This document shows, in pieces, positions 1 to 8,374 of a stretch of 64,000 nt of DNA (positions are counted from its first letter, which is position 1; every line of letters begins with the position of its first letter). A program made the translations under genes and the position numbers. Under the pieces are notes generated by a model. It saw only the letters and a program-made list of their open reading frames with translations. It did not search any database and was not told where the DNA came from. The DNA is from Acetothermia bacterium UBA3571 (GTDB taxonomy: Bacteria > Bipolaricaulota > Bipolaricaulia > Bipolaricaulales > Bipolaricaulaceae), in the NCBI GenBank assembly GCA_002375995.1, contig DFNI01000011.1:13333-77332 (forward strand). The letters run 5' to 3'.

Positions 1-21
1 ACCGACACTTACCGGCACCGG

Positions 22-354
22 TTGGCTGGGGCCGAAAAGGTCCTTCTTTACTCGAGCCGCCACGGGGCCGTCTTCTGGGACCACGGGGGAACCGAGGTTT
101 CCGAGTTCATAGGGAAGTTCCTCGGTGACCTGGATATCGTGCTCCTGGAGGGGTTCAAGGGGGCTTCCTACCCCAAGATCGAGATCTATTCTGGAGGTGA
201 ACCCCTGGCCGGGGCGATCCCCGTGCTCGCCGTGGTCACGAACCAAAAGGTGATCGTTCCCGATGGAGTGCGTATCCTCCCCCGGGATCCCGAGATCGTG
301 GCCGATTTCATCGAGGCCGAGGTCCCCGAAGCCCCTGGGGAAGGAATGGGTTGA
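22..354 (+). CDS. mobB: Molybdopterin-guanine dinucleotide biosynthesis adapter protein MobB, C-terminal part (the ORF is truncated by the window start)
   Basis: The track ORF contains DIVLLEGFKGASYPKIEI, the conserved core of MobB; the N-terminal P-loop would lie upstream of the window. Confidence 0.55.
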   Translation: MAGAEKVLLYSSRHGAVFWDHGGTEVSEFIGKFLGDLDIVLLEGFKGASYPKIEIYSGGEPLAGAIPVLAVVTNQKVIVPDGVRILPRDPEIVADFIEAEVPEAPGEGMG

Positions 355-359
355 GCGTC

Positions 360-701
360 TCAGGCTCCCCTGTGGAGCACGTGATCATATCCGCAGCGGA
401 AGAGCTCCACCACGTGCTCGTCGTCGAGGGAGTAATAGATGGATTTCCCCTCCCGGCGGGTCTTCACCAGGCCCTGCATCCGGAGGATCCTCAGGTGATG
501 GGACGTGGCGGGTTGCGATATCCCTAAAAGCTGGGCGAGGTCGTGCACGCACAGTTCGCCTTGGGAGAGGAGGTAGAGGATCTTCACCCGGGTGGGATCG
601 GCGAGCACGCGGAAGGTTTCCGCCAGCCGCATGGCGGCCTCGGGATCGGGCATCTTCTTCAAGAGCTTCTCGGCTTCCTTTTCGCTCAACGCGTGATACA
701 T
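360..701 (-). CDS. ArsR/SmtB family metal-sensing repressor, CzrA-like with an alpha5 Zn/Co site
   Basis: Winged-HTH region (ADPTRVKILYLL, CVHDLAQLLGISQPATSHHL); C-terminal DEH-x10-HVLH matches the DxHx10HxxH alpha5 metal site of CzrA/SmtB; the gene is divergent from a P1B ATPase. Confidence 0.85.
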   Translation of the reverse strand: MYHALSEKEAEKLLKKMPDPEAAMRLAETFRVLADPTRVKILYLLSQGELCVHDLAQLLGISQPATSHHLRILRMQGLVKTRREGKSIYYSLDDEHVVELFRCGYDHVLHRGA

Positions 702-773
702 AACCCTTTCACTTTAACCCCTAGGGGGCCTTGAACCAAGGAGCGGGAACAGCTATAAATTAGCAAACAATTA

Positions 774-783
774 AACAGCTGTT
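774..783. promoter_or_regulatory. Perfect 10-bp palindrome AACAGCTGTT in the divergent intergenic region; candidate ArsR/SmtB operator
   Basis: Palindrome read directly from the sequence, 5-15 bp upstream of the ATPase start codons and between the divergent arsR and the ATPase; the operator assignment is inference. Confidence 0.3.
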
Positions 784-788
784 CATAG

Positions 789-2939
789 ATGGTGAGCTTT
801 ATGAATCGCACCAAAAACGCGAATGCAAAGGAAACCCAGGAGTTCCGAGTGGGCACGATCCACTGCCCCTCCTGTGCCTTGCAGCTCCAGCGACGCCTCG
901 AGGCGGTACAAGGGGTGGAAGGTGCAGAAGTAAGCCTTCTCGATGGAGTGGTCCGGGTGGTCTATGACCCCAAACGCATCGGAACCCCGGAGCTCGAAAA
1001 GGCCGTGGTTACCCTCGGGGGACAGATCGTCCACCTGGAGGACCACAACCATGACCACACGGGAGATCGGCTCACCTTGATCTCGGGCGTCTTCCTCCTC
1101 GCCGGGGGCCTCGCCTACCTCGCCGGGAACGTGGTCCTGGGTAGGGTGTGGGATGTGGCCATACCCCTCTCCGGCCTCCTCTTCGGCATCGGGGCCGCCA
1201 CCGGGGGGCTGCCCGTGCTGCGGCGCGCGCTCTCGGAGCTCAAGCGGAGGCTCCTCGGCATCGACCTCCTCGTCTCCATCGCCATCATCGGCGCCCTGGC
1301 CTTGGGGGAATCCTTCGAAGCGGCAGCCCTCGCTTTTCTATTCGGGGTCGCGGAGTGGCTGGAGGAGAAGGCCGCGGCCCGGGCCCGCCGCTCCATCCGG
1401 GATCTACTGGATCGGGCCCCGAAACGTGTGACCGTGTTGCGGGAGGGCCGGGAGATCGAGCTCCCCGTGGAGGCGGTGTCTCCCGGTGAGGTGATCCTCG
1501 TCCGGCCCGGGGAAACTATCGGGCTCGACGGGGTGGTGGTCCGGGGCCGCTCCAGCGTCTCCGAGGCCCCCGTCACCGGGGAGTCCACTCCGGTGACGAA
1601 GGAGGGAGGGGACCCCGTTTACGCCGGTACCTTGAACGAAGACGGGTCGCTGGAGGTGCGGGTAATTCGCTCCGCCGGAGAGAGCACCTTGGCCCGGATC
1701 GCCGCCCTGGTGGAAGAGGCACAACACCGGAAGGCCCCGGTGGAGCGGACCGTGAACCGCTTCGCCCGCTACTATACCCCCGCCGTGGTGGGAGCGGCCG
1801 TCCTCGTGGCCGTCATTCCCACCGCCCTGGGTTTCCCTCTCCGGGACTGGATCCTTCGGGCACTGATGCTCCTCGTCATTGCCTGCCCCTGTGCCCTCGC
1901 CATCTCCACCCCGGTGTCCATGATCTCTGCTTTAGTGGCTTCGGCCAAGCGGGGGATATTGGTAAAAGGCGGCGCGGCGTTGGAGGCCATCGCGAAAGTG
2001 CGGTTCCTGGCCGTGGACAAGACCGGCACCCTCACCACCGGAGAGCTGCGAGCGGAAGTGGTGCCGCTTGACGGAACGGACACGCGGGAGATCCTAAGAG
2101 TTGCCGCGGCCCTGGAGAAAGGAAGCGAACATCCCATCGCCCGGGCTATACGGGCGCTCGCGGAAGGAGAGGATCACCTGCCGGAGGTCACAGACTTTAA
2201 GGCCCTTCCGGGCTTGGGAGTGAGGGGTAGGATCCAAGGGGAAGAGTATGTGGTGGGACGTCCCGAGCTCTTCGGGGACATGCCCCCCGCGGTGCAAAAA
2301 CTCATCTCCTCGGGGAGGAGCGTGGTGCTGGTGGGTAAGGAAAAGGGCCCCATCGGCGCGATCCTCCTCTCCGACGAGATCCGCCCCGAAGCCCGGGAGG
2401 CCATCGCGGCCACAAGGAGGTTGGGGGTGGAACCGGTTCTCCTCACCGGGGACCGGGCCCCGGTGGCCAGGGCGGTGGCCGAGGCGTTAGGAATCAAGGA
2501 GGTCCACGCCGAACTCCTTCCGGAGAAGAAGCTCTCCCTAGTGGAGGACCTCAGGAGGCGCGGTGGAGTAGCGTTCGCGGGAGATGGGATAAACGATGCC
2601 CCCGCCCTTGCAGCTGCGGACGTGGGGATCGCCATGGGCGCCATCGGGACCGACGCCGCCATCGAGGCCGGCGATGTAACGCTGATGCGCGACGACCTCC
2701 GGGATGTCCCCCGGTTGATCTCCCTGGGCCGCCGGACCCTGCGGGTAATCCGGTGGAACATTGGGATCGCCCTGGCGTTGAAGCTCGCCGTGGCCGGGTT
2801 CGCCTTCGCCGGCTTCGCTTCCCTGGCCCTGGCCGTCCTCATAGGCGATGTTGGGGGGACGTTGGTGGTCACCGGGAACGCCATGCGCCTCCAACGGCCC
2901 GTATTTGAACCGAAAAATGAGGAGGTGTCGGACGCATGA
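789..2939 (+). CDS. Heavy-metal translocating P1B-2 type ATPase (Zn2+/Cd2+/Pb2+ exporter, ZntA/CadA-like)
   Basis: N-terminal HMA-like domain with CPSC; TM6 CPC motif (IACPCALAISTP); DKTGTLT phosphorylation site; GDGINDAP; TM7 Lys (ALKLAV) and TM8 DxG (IGDVGGT) diagnostic of the Zn/Cd subgroup. A second ATG at 801 has the better SD (GGTGAG). Confidence 0.9.
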   Translation: MVSFMNRTKNANAKETQEFRVGTIHCPSCALQLQRRLEAVQGVEGAEVSLLDGVVRVVYDPKRIGTPELEKAVVTLGGQIVHLEDHNHDHTGDRLTLISGVFLLAGGLAYLAGNVVLGRVWDVAIPLSGLLFGIGAATGGLPVLRRALSELKRRLLGIDLLVSIAIIGALALGESFEAAALAFLFGVAEWLEEKAAARARRSIRDLLDRAPKRVTVLREGREIELPVEAVSPGEVILVRPGETIGLDGVVVRGRSSVSEAPVTGESTPVTKEGGDPVYAGTLNEDGSLEVRVIRSAGESTLARIAALVEEAQHRKAPVERTVNRFARYYTPAVVGAAVLVAVIPTALGFPLRDWILRALMLLVIACPCALAISTPVSMISALVASAKRGILVKGGAALEAIAKVRFLAVDKTGTLTTGELRAEVVPLDGTDTREILRVAAALEKGSEHPIARAIRALAEGEDHLPEVTDFKALPGLGVRGRIQGEEYVVGRPELFGDMPPAVQKLISSGRSVVLVGKEKGPIGAILLSDEIRPEAREAIAATRRLGVEPVLLTGDRAPVARAVAEALGIKEVHAELLPEKKLSLVEDLRRRGGVAFAGDGINDAPALAAADVGIAMGAIGTDAAIEAGDVTLMRDDLRDVPRLISLGRRTLRVIRWNIGIALALKLAVAGFAFAGFASLALAVLIGDVGGTLVVTGNAMRLQRPVFEPKNEEVSDA

Positions 2940-3994
2940 GAACGTGGTTTCTCGCCGGAAGCACCGTTCTTTTCCTGGCCTTTTTGGCTGCAGCGGGACC
3001 ATCCCTGCAGGTGGAACCCACGGTTTACCGGTTCGGCGAGGTGACGGAGGGGATCCTCGTCCGCGCGGTGTTCGTCCTAACCAATGTGGGCGATGCCCCC
3101 CTGGTTTTCCCCCGTCAACCACACACCTCCTGCGGCTGTACCAGCGCCCCGCTGCCGAAAGGGGAGCTCCTTCCCGGAGAATCGATGGAACTGGTGGTTC
3201 TCTTCGACTCCACCGGCTTCGGGGGGCGGAAGATAGCCAGGAGGGTGGAGCTTTTCTCGAACGACCCCGAGCAACCTAAACGGATTCTGTTACTGGAAGG
3301 ATACGTGCGCAAGCCCCTGCCACACGAAGCCTCGGCTTCCACCCTGTATTACGGTTTTTACCTTTTGGTGGACTTAAGATCTCCCGATGCTTACGCCCGA
3401 GGACATCTGTTGGGAGCCATCAATATCCCTCTGGAGGACCTTGAACTCTGGGCCGATCGTCTTCCCAAGGCCCTCCCCATCTATCTCTACGATGAGACCG
3501 GAGAAGGTGCCGCGGAGGCGGCACGGCTCCTGCGGGAGCGCGGGGTTGTGGTGGCCCGGGCCATTGCTGGCGGGCTCTTGGGATGGCGGGAGGAGCTTGG
3601 AGACGCTTTCTTCACTCACCCCCTTGGGGGCCCGAAAGCACCCCCTTCCGGCAAGGGGGAGGGCAAAAGCCGCGCGGTGAGCCCCCGGCGCGTGGCCAGG
3701 AACTACTACGTGATAGTGGACTTGCGCACGGTCCAAGAGTTCGCCGCCGGACACATCCCCGGCGCGTTGAACCTGACCCCTGAAGAACTCCCCACGTGGC
3801 TCGCCGCGCTTCCCCCCATCGGGGATGCAGGTGCCCTTCACATATGGCTCGTAGACGCTGACGGAACCACGGCTTGCGAGCTGGCCGCCGCGCTGCGGAA
3901 CGAGGGGTACGGGAACATCTATTGCCTCGTGGGCGGAATCGAACAGTGGAAGGCCCGCTACCCCGATCTCCTGTGGAGCGGGCCGGCCAATTGA
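2936..3994 (+). CDS. Secreted DUF1573-domain protein fused to two rhodanese (sulfurtransferase-like) domains
   Basis: Signal peptide; DUF1573-type beta-sandwich with TSCGCTS motif; two rhodanese-like modules (DLRSPDAYARGHLLGAINIP; DLRTVQEFAAGHIPGALNL; catalytic-loop-like CLVGG); the ATGA start overlaps the ATPase stop, which suggests translational coupling. Confidence 0.7.
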   Translation: MRTWFLAGSTVLFLAFLAAAGPSLQVEPTVYRFGEVTEGILVRAVFVLTNVGDAPLVFPRQPHTSCGCTSAPLPKGELLPGESMELVVLFDSTGFGGRKIARRVELFSNDPEQPKRILLLEGYVRKPLPHEASASTLYYGFYLLVDLRSPDAYARGHLLGAINIPLEDLELWADRLPKALPIYLYDETGEGAAEAARLLRERGVVVARAIAGGLLGWREELGDAFFTHPLGGPKAPPSGKGEGKSRAVSPRRVARNYYVIVDLRTVQEFAAGHIPGALNLTPEELPTWLAALPPIGDAGALHIWLVDADGTTACELAAALRNEGYGNIYCLVGGIEQWKARYPDLLWSGPAN

Positions 3995-4027
3995 GGTACC
4001 CGTGATTTTCTCTACATCCGACAACCA

Positions 4028-5158
4028 GTGATTAATAAAATAGTACATACCTGGACCGTTTTGGGCGCGCTTCTGGTTGGTTTTCTCCCAGCCCTAGGGG
4101 TGGAACTGGTTTTCTTCTATGATCCCGGATGTCCGCACTGTGCCCGCATCGATGCCTTCCTCGCAGAAATAGGGCCCGATTATCCGGAGCTCCAGGTAGT
4201 TCGCTTCAACATCCGGGAGCCCCAGGCCAGGGAGATATTGGAGAAGCTCCTCGTCGCCTACGGTGTGGAACTTGGCCCAGTGCCGCTGATATTTGTAGGG
4301 GATGTGGCCTTAGTCGGGGACACCTTCTACGGGCTGGAAGAGGAGCCGGTGACCCTCCACGGGCGGGCCGGGGAGATGGCCTTGGAGGAAGCGATTCAGC
4401 GGGCCATCGCGGAAGGGGCCCCCTCTCCCTTAGCGCGGGCGGAGGGGGTCCAGGGCCGCGACTTGGCCGAAAAGCTCACCTTGCCCGCTGTCCTCGTGGC
4501 CGCGGCGGTGGACTCGGTGAACCCTTGTTGTTTCGCGATCCTCATATTCCTTTTCGGCGCTTTGCTCGTCGCAGGGCGGCGGCGCCGGATCCTTCCCATC
4601 GGGCTTTCCTTCCTTTCCGCCATTTACATCTCGTACTTCCTCATGGGGCTTGGGGTCTATTCGGCTATCCAAGCCGCCGGGGTGCAGTACTACTTCATCC
4701 TTTCCGTCTCGATCCTCGCGGTACTCATGGGGGTGTGGTCCATCAAGGACTACTTCGCCCACGGGAAGTGGTTCAGCCTCGAGGTTCCCCAGCGCTGGCG
4801 CCCCCTCTTGAAGCGGCTCACCGCGTCGGTGGTTTCTGTCCCTGGGGCATTTGCTATCGGGATCCTGGACTCCCTCTTTCTCCTTCCCTGTTCGTCGGGT
4901 CCCTATATCGCCATATTGGCGCTTATTTCCCGGACGACCACCAGGGCCCAGGGGATTCTTTACCTCCTCCTCTACAACCTGGTCTTCGTCCTCCCCCTTC
5001 TCATCCTCACCCTGGGGGTACACTTCGGTTTTACCACCACCGCCCGGGCGGAGCGGTGGCGTGCCCAACGGGTGCAGAAGCTACATCTCGTTTCGGGAGC
5101 GGTGATGGTTCTCCTGGGAATTGGAATGATCGTGGCCCTCCAGCTCGGTTACGTTTGA
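4028..5158 (+). CDS. Thioredoxin-like domain (CPHC) fused to a CcdA/DsbD-type transmembrane thiol-disulfide transporter
   Basis: N-terminal periplasmic Trx-like domain with FYDPGCPHCARI; C-terminal multi-TM domain with NPCCFAIL and LLPCSSGPY, typical of CcdA/DsbD electron-transfer cysteines. Confidence 0.75.
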   Translation: MINKIVHTWTVLGALLVGFLPALGVELVFFYDPGCPHCARIDAFLAEIGPDYPELQVVRFNIREPQAREILEKLLVAYGVELGPVPLIFVGDVALVGDTFYGLEEEPVTLHGRAGEMALEEAIQRAIAEGAPSPLARAEGVQGRDLAEKLTLPAVLVAAAVDSVNPCCFAILIFLFGALLVAGRRRRILPIGLSFLSAIYISYFLMGLGVYSAIQAAGVQYYFILSVSILAVLMGVWSIKDYFAHGKWFSLEVPQRWRPLLKRLTASVVSVPGAFAIGILDSLFLLPCSSGPYIAILALISRTTTRAQGILYLLLYNLVFVLPLLILTLGVHFGFTTTARAERWRAQRVQKLHLVSGAVMVLLGIGMIVALQLGYV

Positions 5159-5232
5159 GCGGCCAATGACTCCCAAAGAAGCCGGCGTGGCCTTTCGGCC
5201 ACGCCGGCTTCGCTCGTAACTCTGGACCCACC

Positions 5233-5409
5233 TCAGCCGCAGCAGCCGTGGCTTTCCTCGGGAAGGTAGCGTTCGGGGTCCTTCTCAAAAGCTTCTTTAC
5301 AGCTCGGCCCGCAGAAGTGGTAGGTTTTCCCCTTGTACTCCACTGCCTCCGTGGCCGTGTTGGGATCCACCTCCATACCACACACGGGATCCCGGACCTT
5401 GTCCGCCAT
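5233..5409 (-). CDS. Small YHS/TRASH-domain metal-binding protein (58 aa), below the track's 60-aa cutoff
   Basis: Manual translation: MADKVRDPVCGMEVDPNTATEAVEYKGKTYHFCGPSCKEAFEKDPERYLPEESHGCCG; YHS consensus DPVCGM...YxFCxxxC; RBS GGAGGTGAGGAGAG upstream. Confidence 0.6.
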   Translation of the reverse strand: MADKVRDPVCGMEVDPNTATEAVEYKGKTYHFCGPSCKEAFEKDPERYLPEESHGCCG

Positions 5410-6114
5410 CTCTCCTCACCTCCTTTTCCTCGATGATGGCCGTTCCCCGTTCCCGGGGCCGCCTCGCCAACACGAACCCCATCCCCACAACGTAGGCGAA
5501 ATATACAACGAGGGAAGGGGCGGGGTTGTGGCCGAAGAGGGAGGATGGGAAGCGCCCCGGGGCGGAGGAGCTCGGGAGGATCGGGTTCAGATCCCACAGG
5601 CGTTCCACCGCCGTGGGGAGGACCGCCGCCTCCTGGAGCCCGTGTACCCCGCGGGCGAGAAATCCCGCGGCCACGAAGAGCAGAAGCCACGAGGTGCCGG
5701 TGAAGAACGCGGAGGGCTTTGCCCGGAGGCCGAGGGCGTAGATCCCCCAACCCAATAGCACGGCCACGCCGATACCCGAGCTCCTCGACCAACGCCCCCG
5801 TGCCCCCAGTTTGGAACGCGGCCGCGCTCAAGAAGAGGACCGTTTCCACGCCCTCCCTTGCCGCGACCACGAAGGAGAACCCGAACAGCCCCCCATCCTC
5901 CGAAGATCTCCTCAGCCCGGCCTTCCAGGGCGACCCCCGCGGCGCCCACCGCCGGGCCCACGGCGAGGCTCGTGGCGACGGCTCCCGGGAGCCCTCACCA
6001 GGCCCATTTGATCAGCTCGTGCTGTCCAAGCCTCCGCAGGGCGACGACCAGCACGCCCAAGATGAGAGCGGCCTCGAGCCCTTCCCTGAGGCCGATCGAG
6101 AAAGCTGCGGCCAC
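5410..6114 (-). pseudogene. Degraded EfeU/FTR1-family iron permease gene (in-frame stop, internal deletion and at least two frameshifts)
   Basis: GTG start at 6114 with RBS GAAAGGAG. The N-terminus VAAAFSIGLREGLEAALILGVLVVALRRLGQHELIKWAW then hits TGA. The second RExxE motif (AAREGVETVLFLSAAFQTGG) lies in a different frame (track ORF 5031..5870). The C-terminal TMs (AFFTGTSWLLLFVAAGFLARGVHGLQEA) lie in a third frame (ORF 5297..5767). About 45 aa are missing between the motifs relative to E. coli EfeU. Confidence 0.55.
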
Positions 6115-6361
6115 GGGTCTCCTTTCGCTCCGAACGGAGTGATATCAAAACACATTCGCATTTTATGCTCGGCGGGAGGGGTAACAACCCTTCCTAGGAA
6201 GTTCCGTGGCCTCTGAATGCAAACTACATCAATAATTTTGGAGCATGCACAGATAAAAATGTCTCCATACAATCTCCACGATCTCTTCATCCTCTCTCCA
6301 CAGCCGTCCAGGAGAATTCCCCTGACCCAATGCGCTACAGCGGAAATCTGGAGGTGATGGA

Positions 6362-7000
6362 ATGGCTCATAGAGGTCGGGCCGTCGGTGTTCTCTTTTTT
6401 ACTGCGTTTTCCGTGTTCGTGGCACTCTTCCCCGTCGCGGCACAGAGCCAGTTACTGGACGAGCTCCGTGCCGAGCTGATACCCGGGGAAGGCGCGAAAA
6501 CTTCCTACGGACTCCCACTGTCCCTCGATAACATCCAGACCTTTGCCGATTGGTACTACTCCATCCAACTGTCTCCGGAGGAGAAGGAGATCTTCCGGGA
6601 AGCCCTTTCGGCCATTCCCGCCCCTTGCTGCGACGACAACCCGGTACTCAAATGCTGTTGCCAGAAAACGAACCGCATCTGTAACCTCACCCGCTCGGCC
6701 ATGGGGCTCGGAGCGTGGCTCATCCACGAAAAGGGCTTTACTGCCGAGGAGACCAAAGCCGCGGTGGAGGAGTGGCTCCGTTTCCTGAGGCCCCAGTACT
6801 ACCTCGCCTTGGCCCTGGAGGAGAGGGGCCTCGATCCCCGGGAATACGGCCTCAAGGAACACGAGGCTTACGAGTCCTGCGATCAAAAGCTCTGCGAGGT
6901 CCCACTGGACGCGGGCGGGTGCGGTGGAATGGGCCTTAAAGTGCTTTTGAAGGAAAAAGAGGAGGTTCCCGCTTGCTGCCGCGCCGAAGGGGGCCAATAA
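6362..7000 (+). CDS. Secreted cysteine-rich protein of unknown family, paralog 1 (PCCDD / CCC / ICNL / CxxxLCE / GGCGGMG motifs)
   Basis: Signal peptide (VFVALFPVAAQSQ); nine Cys conserved with the downstream paralog; no recognisable domain. Confidence 0.6.
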   Translation: MAHRGRAVGVLFFTAFSVFVALFPVAAQSQLLDELRAELIPGEGAKTSYGLPLSLDNIQTFADWYYSIQLSPEEKEIFREALSAIPAPCCDDNPVLKCCCQKTNRICNLTRSAMGLGAWLIHEKGFTAEETKAAVEEWLRFLRPQYYLALALEERGLDPREYGLKEHEAYESCDQKLCEVPLDAGGCGGMGLKVLLKEKEEVPACCRAEGGQ

Positions 7001-7017
7001 TGGAGCGGTGATACCCT

Positions 7018-7653
7018 ATGCCCAAGGGCGTGGAAAAGAGGAAGTCAAGGAGAAAGGGAATGATCAAATTGATCGTGTTGGCGGGACTAGGAGTGTTGGC
7101 GGTGGGGCTCGTGTTCCTCCTCATGCCCCATGGGTCGAACTCCGCGGACGCCGAGGAGATTTCCCTAGCAGAGCTCGAAGCGGAGGTGATTCCCCCGGTG
7201 GGGAAGGAGACTGCATACGGGATCCCCCTTTCCTGGAACAACGCCCAGACCTTCGCCGACTGGTACTACGAGGTCCGGCTCTCCCCAGAAGAGTCGGCCC
7301 TACTTCAGCGAGCCCTGAAGGAAATTCCTACCCCCTGTTGCGACGATACCCGGATCACGCGGTGCTGCTGTGAGCGCTCAGGGTACATCTGCAACCTCGT
7401 GAGGAGCGCCCGGGGGCTCGCAGCGTGGCTCATCCGGGAGAAGGGCTTTGGGGAAGGAGAGGTACGGGAGGCGGTGCTCGAGTGGGTGCGGTTCGCCCAC
7501 CGCAAATACTTCCTCGCCCTCGCGCTAAAGGATCGGGGGGTGAACCCGACGAAATACGGTCTCACCACCAAAGGGGCTTGTTATCGGCAGCTGTGCGAGC
7601 GCCCCATGCGGGAGGGAGGCTGCGGCGGGATGGGTGAGCGAGTGGAGATTTAA
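7018..7653 (+). CDS. Secreted or membrane-anchored cysteine-rich protein of unknown family, paralog 2
   Basis: The same nine-Cys pattern (PCCDDTRITRCCCERSGYICNL, CYRQLCE, GGCGGMG) and a shared TFADWYY motif; likely start at MIKLIV (7060); a rho-independent terminator follows. Confidence 0.6.
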   Translation: MPKGVEKRKSRRKGMIKLIVLAGLGVLAVGLVFLLMPHGSNSADAEEISLAELEAEVIPPVGKETAYGIPLSWNNAQTFADWYYEVRLSPEESALLQRALKEIPTPCCDDTRITRCCCERSGYICNLVRSARGLAAWLIREKGFGEGEVREAVLEWVRFAHRKYFLALALKDRGVNPTKYGLTTKGACYRQLCERPMREGGCGGMGERVEI

Positions 7654-7684
7654 TCGGAACCCTCAGAACCCCCTTCCGATATAG

Positions 7685-7716
7685 GCGCCGGCCTTCACCG
7701 CCGGCGCTTTTTCTTC
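7685..7716 (+). terminator. Rho-independent terminator (GGCGCCGGC-loop-GCCGGCGC followed by TTTTTCTT)
   Basis: GC-rich hairpin and T-tract seen directly after the second Cys-rich gene. Confidence 0.6.
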
Positions 7717-7800
7717 ACGGAAACTCCACACGAGCTTCCTTGAACTTTCATCGAGATGGTTTAAAGTGAAAATACGTTTAAAAATCGAAAGGAGAGCACA

Positions 7801-8187
7801 GTGGCCAACTACAGTTACCGGAAGACCGTGAGCCTCCCCTTCGGGGAGGTGGTGGAAAAAGTCAAAGATTCCCTGGCCAAGGAGGGCTTCGGGATCCAAG
7901 CCGAGATCGACCTCGCCCGGGCCATGCGGGAGAAACTCGGGGTGAAGTTCGAGGACTACGTGATCCTCGCCGCCTGCAACCCTCAGCTCGCCCACAGGGC
8001 CCATGCCGCCGAGACGGACGTGGGACTGCTTCTTCCGTGCCACGTCATCGTTTACCGTGACGGAGACACGGTCCGCATCGCCGTGGCCCGGCCCACCGTG
8101 GTGCTGGGGGTCGCAGGGAACCCGGAGCTCATGCGGGTGGCCCAGGAGGCCGAGATCCAGCTCATCCAGGCCCTGGACGCAGCTTGA
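7801..8187 (+). CDS. DUF302 domain protein
   Basis: ILAACNPQLA and LLPCHVIVY motifs are characteristic of DUF302; GTG start with RBS GAAAGGAGAG; an AT-rich putative promoter (TTGAAC-16-TAAAGT) lies upstream. Confidence 0.8.
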   Translation: MANYSYRKTVSLPFGEVVEKVKDSLAKEGFGIQAEIDLARAMREKLGVKFEDYVILAACNPQLAHRAHAAETDVGLLLPCHVIVYRDGDTVRIAVARPTVVLGVAGNPELMRVAQEAEIQLIQALDAA

Positions 8188-8197
8188 GGAGGTAACG

Positions 8198-8365
8198 ATG
8201 CCGTGGGGAGAGGAAATGGGAATGGGTTGGATGGTACTCTTTGGGTTATTGGGACTTTTCGTCTTCGGGGCCGTGATTTATGTCGCGGTGCGCTTGGCCA
8301 CCGGCGGAAGCCGCCGGGGCGACCGCCACCACCACGACGGCGGCGCCGGGGGACACTGCTGCTAG
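8198..8365 (+). CDS. Small single-TM peptide with a His/Cys-rich C-terminus (55 aa)
   Basis: Internal ATG of track ORF 8003..8365 with a strong RBS (GAGGAGGTAACG-ATG) 11 bp after the DUF302 stop: MPWGEEMGMGWMVLFGLLGLFVFGAVIYVAVRLATGGSRRGDRHHHDGGAGGHCC. Confidence 0.4.
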   Translation: MPWGEEMGMGWMVLFGLLGLFVFGAVIYVAVRLATGGSRRGDRHHHDGGAGGHCC

Positions 8366-8374
8366 GAGTGGGTC

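Noticed and set aside
5031-5870. Track ORFs 5031..5870, 5297..5767 and 5587..5961 taken as independent genes
   Set aside because: They are the three frames of a single degraded FTR1/EfeU permease gene and are reported as one pseudogene instead.
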